DNA from: a bacterium
GTDB lineage: Bacteria; UBA8248
Reading direction: 5' to 3'
Length of the DNA stretch: 64,000 nt
NCBI GenBank assembly: GCA_965213625.1
Contig: CBDBZU010000004.1
Location: 58,126-122,125, forward strand
Positions 27,971 to 37,614 of the stretch are shown here, piece after piece. The position numbers and the translations under genes are program-made. Below the pieces are notes generated by a model that saw nothing but the letters and a program-made list of their open reading frames with translations, had not been told where the DNA came from and ran no database searches. Positions within the stretch are counted from its first letter, which is position 1; the number at the start of each line of letters is the position of its first letter.

Positions 27971-28519
27971 CTAGAGGATATAGATCGGCAAGAATTTGAG
28001 CGGCAACGGGATGTTCAGCATCGGCACCAGTCCCAGATACAGGATGAGCATCGTCGCCAGAGACAACAAAAAGCCCAGCACCAGCGCGCCGCGCGGTGCC
28101 GATTCCGCCCGCATGCGCGGGACCAGCAGGCACATCATGAGCGCGACGGTCATGATCTCGAACCCTATCGGCTCGAGCAAAAGCGCGTAGAGGTAAACGA
28201 ACACGACGATGGAGACGAACTCCGCCCAATGCGTCTGGAGGTATGGGTCCTCGCCGCCTGCGGACTGCGCCTCCGGGGGCAGGAAAAACCCGCGCCCCAG
28301 GACGATGAGCGCCCAGATAATCGAGAAACCCAGAGCCAGCCGGGGGAAAAAGGCGTCGCCCGGATACCCCGGCTCGTAAGGAGGCTGCATCGCATAGGTT
28401 TCGTAGTAGAGATACACGAGTCCCCCCAGGATGAGGGCGGTGGTGGTCAACACCGCCGCCCTCATCGGAACCTTCAACTCATAGGGAGACGACGCGCTGT
28501 TTTCATTTTCTTCGGTCAT
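27971..28519 (-). CDS. tctB: Tripartite tricarboxylate transporter, small subunit TctB
   Basis: 182-aa protein with 4 TM helices, located between tctC and tctA. Confidence 0.7.
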   Translation of the reverse strand: MTEENENSASSPYELKVPMRAAVLTTTALILGGLVYLYYETYAMQPPYEPGYPGDAFFPRLALGFSIIWALIVLGRGFFLPPEAQSAGGEDPYLQTHWAEFVSIVVFVYLYALLLEPIGFEIMTVALMMCLLVPRMRAESAPRGALVLGFLLSLATMLILYLGLVPMLNIPLPLKFLPIYIL

Positions 28520-28568
28520 GTTCGCGCCTTACCGACGGCGGAGCCTTCCGCCGTCGGCTCAAATCCAG

Positions 28569-29558
28569 CTACTTCTTGATGATATTGTGGTCGAGCATGA
28601 ATTGTTTCACGACCGCCTGGTTCTTCGCCATGTCCTTGTTGAGCCACTCCGAGCCCGTCTTGACGTCCAGGACGATGTGCGTCCCCTTGGAGAGATAGTC
28701 CTTGTAGTCGGGCGAGCTGGTCACCTTGTAGACGGCGTCTTCCAGTATTTTCATGACTGCCGGAGGCGTGCCCCGCTTGACCATGAGGCCCTGCCAGTGA
28801 AGCGGGAGGTCGTATTTGAGGCCGACTTCCACCGCGCTCCGGACGTTCTTCCAGATCGGGTCGTGCGAGAGGCGCTTATGGGTCTGCGATACGAGCGGGC
28901 AGATGGTTCCCGCCTCGATATGCGGCCGCCACGTACGCGGCGAGGCCTGCCCGCTGGGGAGATGGCCGCCGAGTACGTCCTTCACCACGTTGCCGTCGCC
29001 ACGGTAGAAGATCGTCTTGACTTTGTCACCGATGCCCGCGGCCTTCAGGAAGGCGAGCTGATGACGGTGGTGCGTGGAGCCCCGCTTGTTGGAGCCCATC
29101 GACAGTTTGCCGGGGTTCTTCTTGGCGTAGGCGACGAGGTCCTCGAACGTCTTGATGCCGTACTTGTTGTTGCACTTTACTGCGACGCCGTAGACGTGCT
29201 TCTCGACCTGGGCCAGCGTCTGGAAGTCGTTGTACGTCCTCCTGTAGTGCGGCAGGTGGAAATACCCGTAGAAGCTGGCGCTGATGTGCATGATGATGTG
29301 ACCGTCGGCGGGCTTGCCCGAAACGTAGAGAACCGGCTCGTGCTGCGAGCCACCGCTCTTGAAGGTCACCCGCATGGGAACGCCGAGCACCTTTGGAAAC
29401 TCCTGGGCGAGAAGCTGGCACCAGACCGCCACGCTCGAACCAGGCGAGGTCGTGCAGATCAGCTCCATCGGTTTGGAGGGGAACTTCATTGCCAGCGCGG
29501 GAGCGCTCCATAAAATGAGAACGGCTGCGAGTACGAGTATGCGTTTGAAGCTCGACAT
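28569..29558 (-). CDS. tctC: Tripartite tricarboxylate transporter substrate-binding protein (TctC/Bug family)
   Basis: Signal peptide MSSFKRILVLAAVLILWSAPALA; ~330 aa; first gene of the tct operon. Confidence 0.85.
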   Translation of the reverse strand: MSSFKRILVLAAVLILWSAPALAMKFPSKPMELICTTSPGSSVAVWCQLLAQEFPKVLGVPMRVTFKSGGSQHEPVLYVSGKPADGHIIMHISASFYGYFHLPHYRRTYNDFQTLAQVEKHVYGVAVKCNNKYGIKTFEDLVAYAKKNPGKLSMGSNKRGSTHHRHQLAFLKAAGIGDKVKTIFYRGDGNVVKDVLGGHLPSGQASPRTWRPHIEAGTICPLVSQTHKRLSHDPIWKNVRSAVEVGLKYDLPLHWQGLMVKRGTPPAVMKILEDAVYKVTSSPDYKDYLSKGTHIVLDVKTGSEWLNKDMAKNQAVVKQFMLDHNIIKK

Positions 29559-29884
29559 CGTTTTCCCTCCTTCAAGGGGTGGGTATGATGGGGTAGGTAG
29601 GAACCCCCACTTTCTGTGGGTAATAGGTATTAAAGCTTATACCATTTCCCGGTGGAACATACAAATTTTTGTTTTTCGGGTGGGCCGCTTCGCATGGCGT
29701 CCGGGGAAAGCGCCACGACGACGGGCGGCGCAAATGGTCTGAACGGGGTGCAAAAGCCTTTCGAATCCTGTCTAATGTCGACATCTTTAATTTCGACACC
29801 ATGAAAATCCCGAGGCGCGAGGGACCCCGAAGAGCGCGAAGCAGCGGCGGCGCTTGGCCTCAGGATAACCGGAGGAATTCATCC

Positions 29885-30775
29885 ATGACCGACAGCAGCG
29901 TGTTGTCCTACAGCGGCGTCACGGATTTGGGCGGCGGCAAGGCCTACGCCCTCCACAACGTCTTCGAGCTCGACGGGCGCATCAGCGCCTATCCCAAAAG
30001 CGCCAGGGGCTTCGCTCCCTCGAACTGCTACCTCCTTTGCGAGGATGACGGCGCGATCCTGCTCGACACGGGCTACAACGGGCACAAGCAATCCCTGTTC
30101 GAGCAGATAGGCTCCATCATCACGCCCGACACCCCGCTCTCGATCTACCCGCTCAGGCTCAACGAGTTCATGTCCGTCGGGAACGCCGCGGCGCTCGCCC
30201 GCGAGTTCAACGTCGTGGAGTGCTTCGCCCGGCGGCCCGACATGGACTTCTGGCTCGATTTCGACGTGGAGAAATTCGGCCCCAAGAGCGAGGAGGAGCA
30301 GATATTCCCGACGACCGTCCTCGGAAACGAACTCGAATGCCGCGTCGGCGGGAACGAGAGCCGCGTCATCAGCGGCATCAACGCGCCCATCCGCCTCATC
30401 ACCACCATGTGGATTTACGACGAAGCCACCCGCACCCTCTTCTCCTCGGACATGTTCAGCCACATCTGGGGAGACGACCCCGAAGGCCCCTGGTCGGTGG
30501 AGGAAGATTCCGTGACGACGCCTGAGTTCGTGCGCTCGTTCCTGCTGAACACGCGCTACTGGTGGCTCGAGGGCGTGGATACCGGGCATGTCCGCAAAGG
30601 CATCGCCGACGTCTTCGACCGTTACGACATCGAAAACCTCGCCCCCGGCTACGGGGCCATACTCATGGGACGCGAACTGGTCGAACGCCAGTTCTCGGTG
30701 CTCGACGATGTGCTGCGCGATCTGGATCGCTCCGTCGTCGACCCGCGCTACGTTCCCCGCGACATGGAAAGGTAA
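29885..30775 (+). CDS. Metallo-beta-lactamase-fold protein with a degenerate metal motif
   Basis: Start at MTDSSV. NCYLLCEDDGAILLDTGYNGH is typical of the MBL beta-strand core, but there is no HxHxDH. Confidence 0.5.
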   Translation: MTDSSVLSYSGVTDLGGGKAYALHNVFELDGRISAYPKSARGFAPSNCYLLCEDDGAILLDTGYNGHKQSLFEQIGSIITPDTPLSIYPLRLNEFMSVGNAAALAREFNVVECFARRPDMDFWLDFDVEKFGPKSEEEQIFPTTVLGNELECRVGGNESRVISGINAPIRLITTMWIYDEATRTLFSSDMFSHIWGDDPEGPWSVEEDSVTTPEFVRSFLLNTRYWWLEGVDTGHVRKGIADVFDRYDIENLAPGYGAILMGRELVERQFSVLDDVLRDLDRSVVDPRYVPRDMER

Positions 30776-30777
30776 TC

Positions 30778-31551
30778 ATGAACCCCCACGAAAATCCCCT
30801 ACCGCGCGAAATCGCACCCGGCATCTTCTGGCTCGGCATCTGCCACGAACAGCACCACAAGGGAAAGATTTACCACAGCTACAACGCAGCCTTCCTCCTC
30901 ATCGGCTCGGCGGGCACCATGCTCGTCGAAACGGGCCACCAGGGGGATTTCCCCGTCGTCTCCCGCCAGGTGAGCGAGATTCTGGCCGAGCGCGGCTCCA
31001 CGCTCAAATACCTCTTCTTGTCGCATCAGGAAACGCCCCACGCGGGTGGGCTGGGCAGGCTGCTCGAAACATACCCCGAGATGACGGTCTACTGCGACGT
31101 GAGCGACTACCATCTCTCCTACCCCGAGCACGCGGACAGGATGCGGCAGATGGAAATAGGCGACGAGATCGACCTGGGCGACAGACGCTTCATCGCCGTC
31201 GAACCGGTCATCCGCGACTTGAGAACCTCGCTCTGGGGGTTCGACACCGGCGCGCGCGCCCTCTTTCCCGGCGACGGCTTCGCCTACAGTCACTACCACT
31301 GGGACGGCCACTGCGGAAAAATTGCGGAAGAGGCCGACTCGCTCGACCTGGCGGAAGTCCTGGGCGTGTTCGCGGAACGCGCGCTGTTCTGGACGCGCTT
31401 CGCCGACATGAACATCTATTCGGACCGCCTGGAAGCGTTGCTCGAAGAACTCGACGTCACCGTCGTCGCGCCCTCCCACGGACTGCCGATTCTCGACCTC
31501 GCAGTCACCATGCCCAAGGTGCGCGAAGGTCTCATCGCCGGAAAGATTTGA
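30778..31551 (+). CDS. Metallo-beta-lactamase-fold protein, flavodiiron/ODP-like
   Basis: Start at MNPHENP, 3 nt after the upstream stop. AFLLIGSAGTMLVETGH...YLFLSHQETPHAGG is an HxExxH variant of the di-iron HxExDH motif. Confidence 0.55.
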   Translation: MNPHENPLPREIAPGIFWLGICHEQHHKGKIYHSYNAAFLLIGSAGTMLVETGHQGDFPVVSRQVSEILAERGSTLKYLFLSHQETPHAGGLGRLLETYPEMTVYCDVSDYHLSYPEHADRMRQMEIGDEIDLGDRRFIAVEPVIRDLRTSLWGFDTGARALFPGDGFAYSHYHWDGHCGKIAEEADSLDLAEVLGVFAERALFWTRFADMNIYSDRLEALLEELDVTVVAPSHGLPILDLAVTMPKVREGLIAGKI

Positions 31552-31560
31552 GGAGCGCCG

Positions 31561-32757
31561 ATGGATTTTTCCCTGACCGACGAACAAAAGGCGCTTCAAC
31601 GACTAGCGCGCGATTACGTCAACCGCCACGTGAAACCCATCGCCGCCGAGTACGACCGGAACCCGGATCCGCTCGACTGCATCCCCGCCGACGTCGTCGA
31701 GGAGGGTTCCAGGCTCGGCCTCCGCACCCTGGCGCTGTCTGATGCGCGCGGCGGCGGCGGGGCCGACATGCTCACCCTCTCCATCGTCGGCGAAGAGCTG
31801 GGCGCGGGCGACTTGGGCGTGGCCGCCACCTTCGATCAGACCTGGAAGTTCACCCCCATCATCGAACACTGGACGAACGACGAGCAGAAAGAGCGCTTCC
31901 TCCCGGCGTTCGTCTCGGATCACCGTTTCCATCTGGCGACGTGCATCACCGAGCCCGACGCCGGTACGGATCACGTCCTGCCCTACGCCGCTCCCGGCGC
32001 AGGCGTGCAGATGCGCGCCGAGCGCGAGGGCGACGTCTACCGGCTGAGCGGCGTCAAGCGCTTCATTAGCAACGGCGGAACGGCAAAGCTCTACATCGTC
32101 TACACGCGCACCGACAGGACGAAAGGGGGCCTCAAGGGCATGACGCCCTTCCTCGTCCCCGCGGACACGCCGGGCTTAAGCATCGGGCAGATCCACGACA
32201 AGATGGGCCGCCGCCTCCTGAGCAACGCCACGCTCGTCTTCGAGAACGCCGAGGTACCCGCCGTCAACCGGCTGGGGGAAGAAGAGGGCCAGGCCGAGTC
32301 GCTGCGCACCAGCCGAATCGCGCGGGGAAGAGGCGGCTACGGAGCCACCGTGCTCGGCTCGGGCCGGGCCGCCTTCGAAGAAGCCGTGCGCTACTCGCAG
32401 GAGAGGGTGCAGGGCGGAAAACCCATCGGGGGGCACCAGGCCGTCGCCCAGATGATCGGGGAGATGTACACGAAGCTGGAAATGGCGCGCTCCGTGCTCT
32501 GGCGAACCTCATGGGCGGTGGATTACGCCGAGGACTATGATCCCAAAATGTCGTGGCTCACCAAGGTGGTTTGCTCGGAAGCCGCGTATGATGTCTGCCG
32601 CCTGGCGCTCGAGGTGCACGGCGGCGTGGGCTACATGCGCGAATGCCCCGTCGAGAAATACCTGCGCGACGTAATCTCGTTCCTCCACGGCGCCGGGAAC
32701 AACCACATATTCCGTATCAAGATCAGTTCCAGGATCACCGGCCTGCCGGCCGAATAG
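31561..32757 (+). CDS. Acyl-CoA dehydrogenase
   Basis: MDFSLTDEQKALQRLARDYV..., CITEPDAGTD, ~398 aa; typical ACAD. Confidence 0.9.
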   Translation: MDFSLTDEQKALQRLARDYVNRHVKPIAAEYDRNPDPLDCIPADVVEEGSRLGLRTLALSDARGGGGADMLTLSIVGEELGAGDLGVAATFDQTWKFTPIIEHWTNDEQKERFLPAFVSDHRFHLATCITEPDAGTDHVLPYAAPGAGVQMRAEREGDVYRLSGVKRFISNGGTAKLYIVYTRTDRTKGGLKGMTPFLVPADTPGLSIGQIHDKMGRRLLSNATLVFENAEVPAVNRLGEEEGQAESLRTSRIARGRGGYGATVLGSGRAAFEEAVRYSQERVQGGKPIGGHQAVAQMIGEMYTKLEMARSVLWRTSWAVDYAEDYDPKMSWLTKVVCSEAAYDVCRLALEVHGGVGYMRECPVEKYLRDVISFLHGAGNNHIFRIKISSRITGLPAE

Positions 32758-32818
32758 CGCCCCGGAAAACGACTCAGGGCGAGACGGCCTTCGGAAAGTT
32801 CTGTTCCCGGCCCCTCGA

Positions 32819-33211
32819 TCATGCCTGAATGAGCTCGATGGGCATTTCCTCGGGACCCTCGACAAAGGCGGCGAACTTGCCGCTCACGTGGACGGGCATC
32901 TCCTGGATAATTGTCACCCCGTTGGCGCGCATATCCTCCAGCAATCCTTGCAGGTCATCCACGACGAAGCAGAAGTGATGGATTCCGTACCCCTTCGGGC
33001 GAGGGCCGTCCGCTTCCGTGAGTCCGTCCGGGGGACGGGGGGTGCGCACGCTGAGCGTCCCCTCCCCCACCCGGAGGACGAGGTTGCGCGCCCCGGCCGG
33101 AAACTGCTCGGCCACTATCTCACTCCCGAAGAAGCGCTCGAACCAATCGGCTACCCCGTCGGGATCCCTGCTGATCATATGGACATGATGAAACGCGCCG
33201 ACTATCGCCAT
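32819..33211 (-). CDS. VOC (glyoxalase/methylmalonyl-CoA epimerase-like) family protein
   Basis: MAIVGAFHHVHMISRDPDGVADWFERFFG...GIHHFCFVVDDL; ~130 aa. Confidence 0.7.
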   Translation of the reverse strand: MAIVGAFHHVHMISRDPDGVADWFERFFGSEIVAEQFPAGARNLVLRVGEGTLSVRTPRPPDGLTEADGPRPKGYGIHHFCFVVDDLQGLLEDMRANGVTIIQEMPVHVSGKFAAFVEGPEEMPIELIQA

Positions 33212-33723
33212 TTTTTCATTTCTCCTCTGCGCCAAAACCAACCCCGTATATCCAGCCGCACTCCCCTCACTACCACCTTATCGGGGTTGTTGAAAAAACC
33301 TGATTTCGTGATTCGGCTCGACGGATGTGAAGTTGTAGGGGTCGCATATTATGCGACCCTGCATTTTGCACCTGCCGACCATAGGCCGCATCATATGTCA
33401 GACATATATGTCTGACCTACACACCCTCCGATATGGCGGTAACCCGTCACCGTCATACCGGCATCGCAGGCTTTCCCAACAATTCCTAAAACCGGCATTC
33501 GGAAGGGAATCGTCATCCAGTTTGTATTTCACCATCTGCAGGTTAAGGAGAATCCATCCAGGGAGCAAGGTGACGAAACACCTGTATTCAAAATAGAATC
33601 ATCAATTCGCCAGGTTCAAATCCGGGAACAGGGAGCACGCCGCTTGAATCGATCACCTGACCCGATTTTAATCGCCGTGTACAAACCGAACATCCCATTT
33701 TCTTTCCCGCAAGGAGACCCAGG

Positions 33724-34149
33724 ATGACAAAGCAAATCGAATCCGTGGACTGGCCCGACAGGCTCGACGTCTGGACGCCCTACTCGATGGCCATCAAGGC
33801 GAGCGGCGGGACGACCGTCTATTTCGCAGGGGTCACCGCGGCCCCGCCCTATCATCACCATCCCCACCGGCCCGAGGAGTTCGACACGCTGCCGGGCGAC
33901 TTACCCACCCAGACGCGCATGGCGCTCGAGAACCTCAAAAAAAGCTTGGAGGCCGTGGGCGGAACGTTCCGGGATATCGTCTTCTTCCAGTTCTTCTCGA
34001 CGACGATGGAAGGCGCAGAGGAGGCGGGGGCCATCCGCAAGGAGTATTTCGGCGAGCATCGCCCCGCCTCCACCACGCTTCAGGTCGTGCGCCTCGCCAC
34101 CGACCCCAGGTGCCTGGTGGAGGTCAACGCGATAGCGGTGATGGACTGA
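33724..34149 (+). CDS. RidA/YjgF/L-PSP family protein
   Basis: ~140 aa; the C-terminus RPASTTLQVVRLATDPRCLVEVNAIAV is typical of RidA. Confidence 0.8.
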   Translation: MTKQIESVDWPDRLDVWTPYSMAIKASGGTTVYFAGVTAAPPYHHHPHRPEEFDTLPGDLPTQTRMALENLKKSLEAVGGTFRDIVFFQFFSTTMEGAEEAGAIRKEYFGEHRPASTTLQVVRLATDPRCLVEVNAIAVMD

Positions 34150-34334
34150 GGAGGGCTTCTGTCGTTCTTGCAGGGCGCGGCGCAAGCAAATATCCGCCAT
34201 TTTTTCATTGCCCGCACCTGCCGCACTTCGCTATTATCCCGTCCTGTCGAGTCAAGACTGCGAGAATCAAACGAGGCGCGCCTGCCCTTTTGCAGGGAGT
34301 GGCGCGGCGGACCTAATCCAAAGGAGCCAAGGCT

Positions 34335-35180
34335 GTGGACATCATCAACGAGATCGGCGCGACCGCGTTCGTCATTTCCTGTATGCGGGCGATGGAAAAA
34401 AATCAGGAGCACAAGCTGTTCGACGACCCCTATGCGACGCTGTTCGTCAACGAAGCGATTGAAGAGAAGGTTCAGGAGCAGATAAGGGTTTTCCCGCCCT
34501 CGCTGGAACTGGTTCGTTTCCGGGTGTGCGTCATGAGCGAGGTTGTCGAGCGCGGCATCGCGGACGGCATGAAGCAGATCGTCTCGCTCGGCGCGGGTTT
34601 CGATATGCGCGCCCACATCTATCAGACGGAAGGCGTCAGGTTCTGCGACGTCGACCAGCCTGCGGTGCTGCAGTTCAAGAACAAGGTCCTGGAAGCAGGC
34701 GGCGTCACGCCCTGCGCCGGAATCGATTGCAATTACCTCGAAGTCGACCTGCCCTCGGAACTGAAAAAAGCGGGCTTCGACCTCGAAGCGCCCATACTCT
34801 TCATATGGGAAGGCAACACCATGTACCTGCCGGTCGACCTGATCCACGATTTCCTCGCTCGAATGCGCGCGCAGGTCCCTCGTATGACCATCGCTTTCGA
34901 TTATTTCTCCGAAAAGATCATCAACCGCACGTCCGGCGACGACAGGATCACCGAAGTCACGGATTTTTTCGAGAACAACTTCAATGTGAAATGGGTGACG
35001 GGCTTCGACGACCTTTCCGTCCTCACGGAAAAGCACGGCTTCGAAGTGGTCGAATCCGAAAGCCTGATGGCAGTCGGCGAGCGACGCGCGCCGCAGTCCG
35101 TGGCGGCTGTCAAAGAGTACATGGACTTGGCGGCCAGTCTGTTGGAGTTGTATTCCTACTGCGTGCTCAAAGCGTCCTGA
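34335..35180 (+). CDS. Class I SAM-dependent O-methyltransferase (LCMT/TcmP-like), paralog 1
   Basis: VSLGAGFDMRAHIY...FCDVDQPAVLQFKNKVL...ILFIWEGNTMYLP. Confidence 0.7.
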   Translation: MDIINEIGATAFVISCMRAMEKNQEHKLFDDPYATLFVNEAIEEKVQEQIRVFPPSLELVRFRVCVMSEVVERGIADGMKQIVSLGAGFDMRAHIYQTEGVRFCDVDQPAVLQFKNKVLEAGGVTPCAGIDCNYLEVDLPSELKKAGFDLEAPILFIWEGNTMYLPVDLIHDFLARMRAQVPRMTIAFDYFSEKIINRTSGDDRITEVTDFFENNFNVKWVTGFDDLSVLTEKHGFEVVESESLMAVGERRAPQSVAAVKEYMDLAASLLELYSYCVLKAS

Positions 35181-35185
35181 GCTCC

Positions 35186-36007
35186 GTGGAAATCAACGAG
35201 GTCGGCTCCACGGCCTTTTTCCCCGCATGCGTCCGGCAGATGGAAAAAGACGAGGCGCGTCCCCTGTTCGAAGATCCCTACGCGGGATGGTTCATCGACG
35301 AGGAAGCGACGGCGAAGTTCCGCGAGCTCATCCGCACCTTTCCGGCTGTCCGGGAGACGGCGCGCTACCGCGTGTGCATCATGAACGAGACGCTTAAGCG
35401 CGCGATCGCGGACGGCGTAAGCCAAGTCGTCACGCTGGGCGCCGGCTTCGACATGCGCTCGCAATTATACGCCACCCCCGGCGTCAGCTTCTGCGACGTC
35501 GATCAGCCTGGGGTCCTCGAATTCAAGCGGAATGTTCTCGAAACGCACGGCGTCGCGCCCTGCGCCGCGGTTCCAGGCAATTACCTGGAAATCGACCTCC
35601 CCGGAGAACTCGGCCAGGCGGGCTTCGACCTGGAGGCGCAGACCCTGTTCATGTGGGAGGGGAACACCATGTACCTGCCGGCAAATCTCATCCATGACTT
35701 TCTGGATAGATTGCGCGCGCGGATTCCAAGCCTCATCGTCGCCTTTGATTATTTCTCGGAAAAAATCATCAACCGCACCTCCGGGAACGAGACGATGACG
35801 GCGACTTCGGATTATTTCGAAAGAAATTTCGGGGCGAAATGGGTGACGGGTTTTGACGATCTCTCCGTCTTCGAGAAGAGAAACAATTTCAAGATCATCC
35901 GCTCGGGCGCCATGCTGGACGTGTGCATGCGCTATGCGCCCGAATCCGCTCCGGCGCTCGCCGAGTGGACGGGGCTGCATTCCTACTGCGTGCTCGAATC
36001 CGCCTGA
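35186..36007 (+). CDS. Class I SAM-dependent O-methyltransferase (LCMT/TcmP-like), paralog 2
   Basis: GTG start 35186 (VEINEVGSTAFF), aligned with the start of paralog 1 (DIINEIGATAFV). VTLGAGFDMRSQLY...FCDVDQPGVLEFKRNVL...TLFMWEGNTMYLP. Confidence 0.7.
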   Translation: MEINEVGSTAFFPACVRQMEKDEARPLFEDPYAGWFIDEEATAKFRELIRTFPAVRETARYRVCIMNETLKRAIADGVSQVVTLGAGFDMRSQLYATPGVSFCDVDQPGVLEFKRNVLETHGVAPCAAVPGNYLEIDLPGELGQAGFDLEAQTLFMWEGNTMYLPANLIHDFLDRLRARIPSLIVAFDYFSEKIINRTSGNETMTATSDYFERNFGAKWVTGFDDLSVFEKRNNFKIIRSGAMLDVCMRYAPESAPALAEWTGLHSYCVLESA

Positions 36008-36155
36008 GTCTCACTTCCATCTCGGGGGTGTTTCGAAAAAACGCAGACATTGCAATCATTCCCCCCTTGAAGGTCATTGGCGACTGATGAAAGAGGAAGA
36101 ATCACTCCCCCCTTGGGGGGGGAGTGGTTGGTTAGTGTTCTACAAGGTGGGGGCA

Positions 36156-36183
36156 GTAGGGACAGGTCGCGACCTGTCCCTAC
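36156..36183. repeat. REP-like perfect 28-bp palindrome (second identical copy)
   Basis: Identical to 21787-21814. Confidence 0.85.
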
Positions 36184-36233
36184 CGGAAACACAAAAATCG
36201 ACAAACAAATAAACGATCGAATCCGCAGAATCC

Positions 36234-36611
36234 CTACAGCGTAATGACGAGGTCGGGCGCGGCGGGGGCGAGTGCGGCGTAGAGCTGCGGGAAGCAGCCT
36301 GCGCCCACGCCGGCCACCAGGCCCTTCGCCTTGACGTCGCCCGATCCGCATTGCTCGAACGTGCCCTCGGCGAGGTTGCGCCGCACGGCGCACTGATCGC
36401 AGACCATGAGGAGGATATTCTGCTCCGCGGGGACCTTGGCCAGGCGCTCGCCCACCTCGTCGCCCTCGCGCAGGCAGAACAGGTTGTCGTCGAAAAAGAA
36501 CATGCCGACGACGTTCACACCGTGGTTGCCGGCTTCGAGTTGCGGCAGGATCATCGTGCCCAGTTTGTAGGTGGCCGACATGTCGGTGGCGAAAACGTAT
36601 GCGATGTTCAT
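36234..36611 (-). CDS. DsrE/DsrF-like sulfur-relay family protein
   Basis: 125 aa; MNIAYVFATD...VVGMFFFDDN...LLMVCDQCAVRRNL. Confidence 0.6.
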   Translation of the reverse strand: MNIAYVFATDMSATYKLGTMILPQLEAGNHGVNVVGMFFFDDNLFCLREGDEVGERLAKVPAEQNILLMVCDQCAVRRNLAEGTFEQCGSGDVKAKGLVAGVGAGCFPQLYAALAPAAPDLVITL

Positions 36612-36739
36612 TGTTTCAGTTCCTCCTCAGGTGTGTCTCTCGACTGGTTGAAAATGACCCTGCTACCCCTGTTCACATCAAGTAATGTGTATTTTACGCT
36701 TGGAAACGGGGGTGAGCCTCTCATCCCGCGCAACCGGCG

Positions 36740-37570
36740 TCAACGCCAGTTTCTCGTTTCGAGGATTTTCCTGAACCCAGGGATTTCCACCGCTTTTGAG
36801 GCTTCGACGCGCTCGACCTCACCTGCCTTCACGATGAAGAAAAATAACTTTTTGTAGATGCAGCCGGCGGGGCAATCCCCCCACGCCTTGCGGACAACGA
36901 CATGCCAGGCGTCGCCCGTTTTCGACGCTTCGATGTCAGAGCCGTCCCCCAGGTGCGCATCGGCTTCGGCGTACTCGACGCCCGCTATCTTAATGTAAGA
37001 CTGCTGCGCCGCCCGGATGTTCAGGCGCTCGCTCAAGTGAATGACGAGGACGCCCGTATGTCGATAAGGACGCACGGCCCGAAGCCCGAGCTTGGCGTTC
37101 AAGGCGTCGAACGCGCGATTCCCGGTGCGCAGCTTCACGGGTCCGTTTTTACCTTCAAGAAGGCTGGCGACAGCTTTGAACAAATCGGGTTTTACGCCCA
37201 GGAGAAGCACTCCGGGCAGGTGGTCCGCACGGACGAAAATTTTCGCTATCTCAGGGTGCGCGTATCTCAGCCGCTTGAGCACTCCCTCGATCTCGCGGGC
37301 AAGTTCGCGCCGCTGCTTCTCATCAAGGAGCAAGTCCTTGCTTTCTCTCGCCAGGATGCGGTGGGCCAGAACGGCCGCCTCGGAGAACGCCGCAGACTTT
37401 GTGGAATCGGCGCGTACGACCATCGGAGCCGTAGCCGCTTCCGAGGCTTGCGCCCTGGAGGAAACAACCCAGGCTACAGACAGAAACAGGCAAACCGCCG
37501 CGAAGCGTAACCACTCCTTCGGGAAGGGATTTCCGCAATGCGTTCTATGGTGAGACAAACCCCCTTTCAT
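36740..37570 (-). CDS. Hypothetical secreted protein
   Basis: Long ORF with an N-terminal hydrophobic signal-like segment (AAVCLFLSVAWVVSSRAQA). I recognise no family. Confidence 0.4.
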   Translation of the reverse strand: MKGGLSHHRTHCGNPFPKEWLRFAAVCLFLSVAWVVSSRAQASEAATAPMVVRADSTKSAAFSEAAVLAHRILARESKDLLLDEKQRRELAREIEGVLKRLRYAHPEIAKIFVRADHLPGVLLLGVKPDLFKAVASLLEGKNGPVKLRTGNRAFDALNAKLGLRAVRPYRHTGVLVIHLSERLNIRAAQQSYIKIAGVEYAEADAHLGDGSDIEASKTGDAWHVVVRKAWGDCPAGCIYKKLFFFIVKAGEVERVEASKAVEIPGFRKILETRNWR

Positions 37571-37614
37571 CTTGTCGAACCTCCATTAAGGGCCTTGCTA
37601 TCCATAGTATCCTC

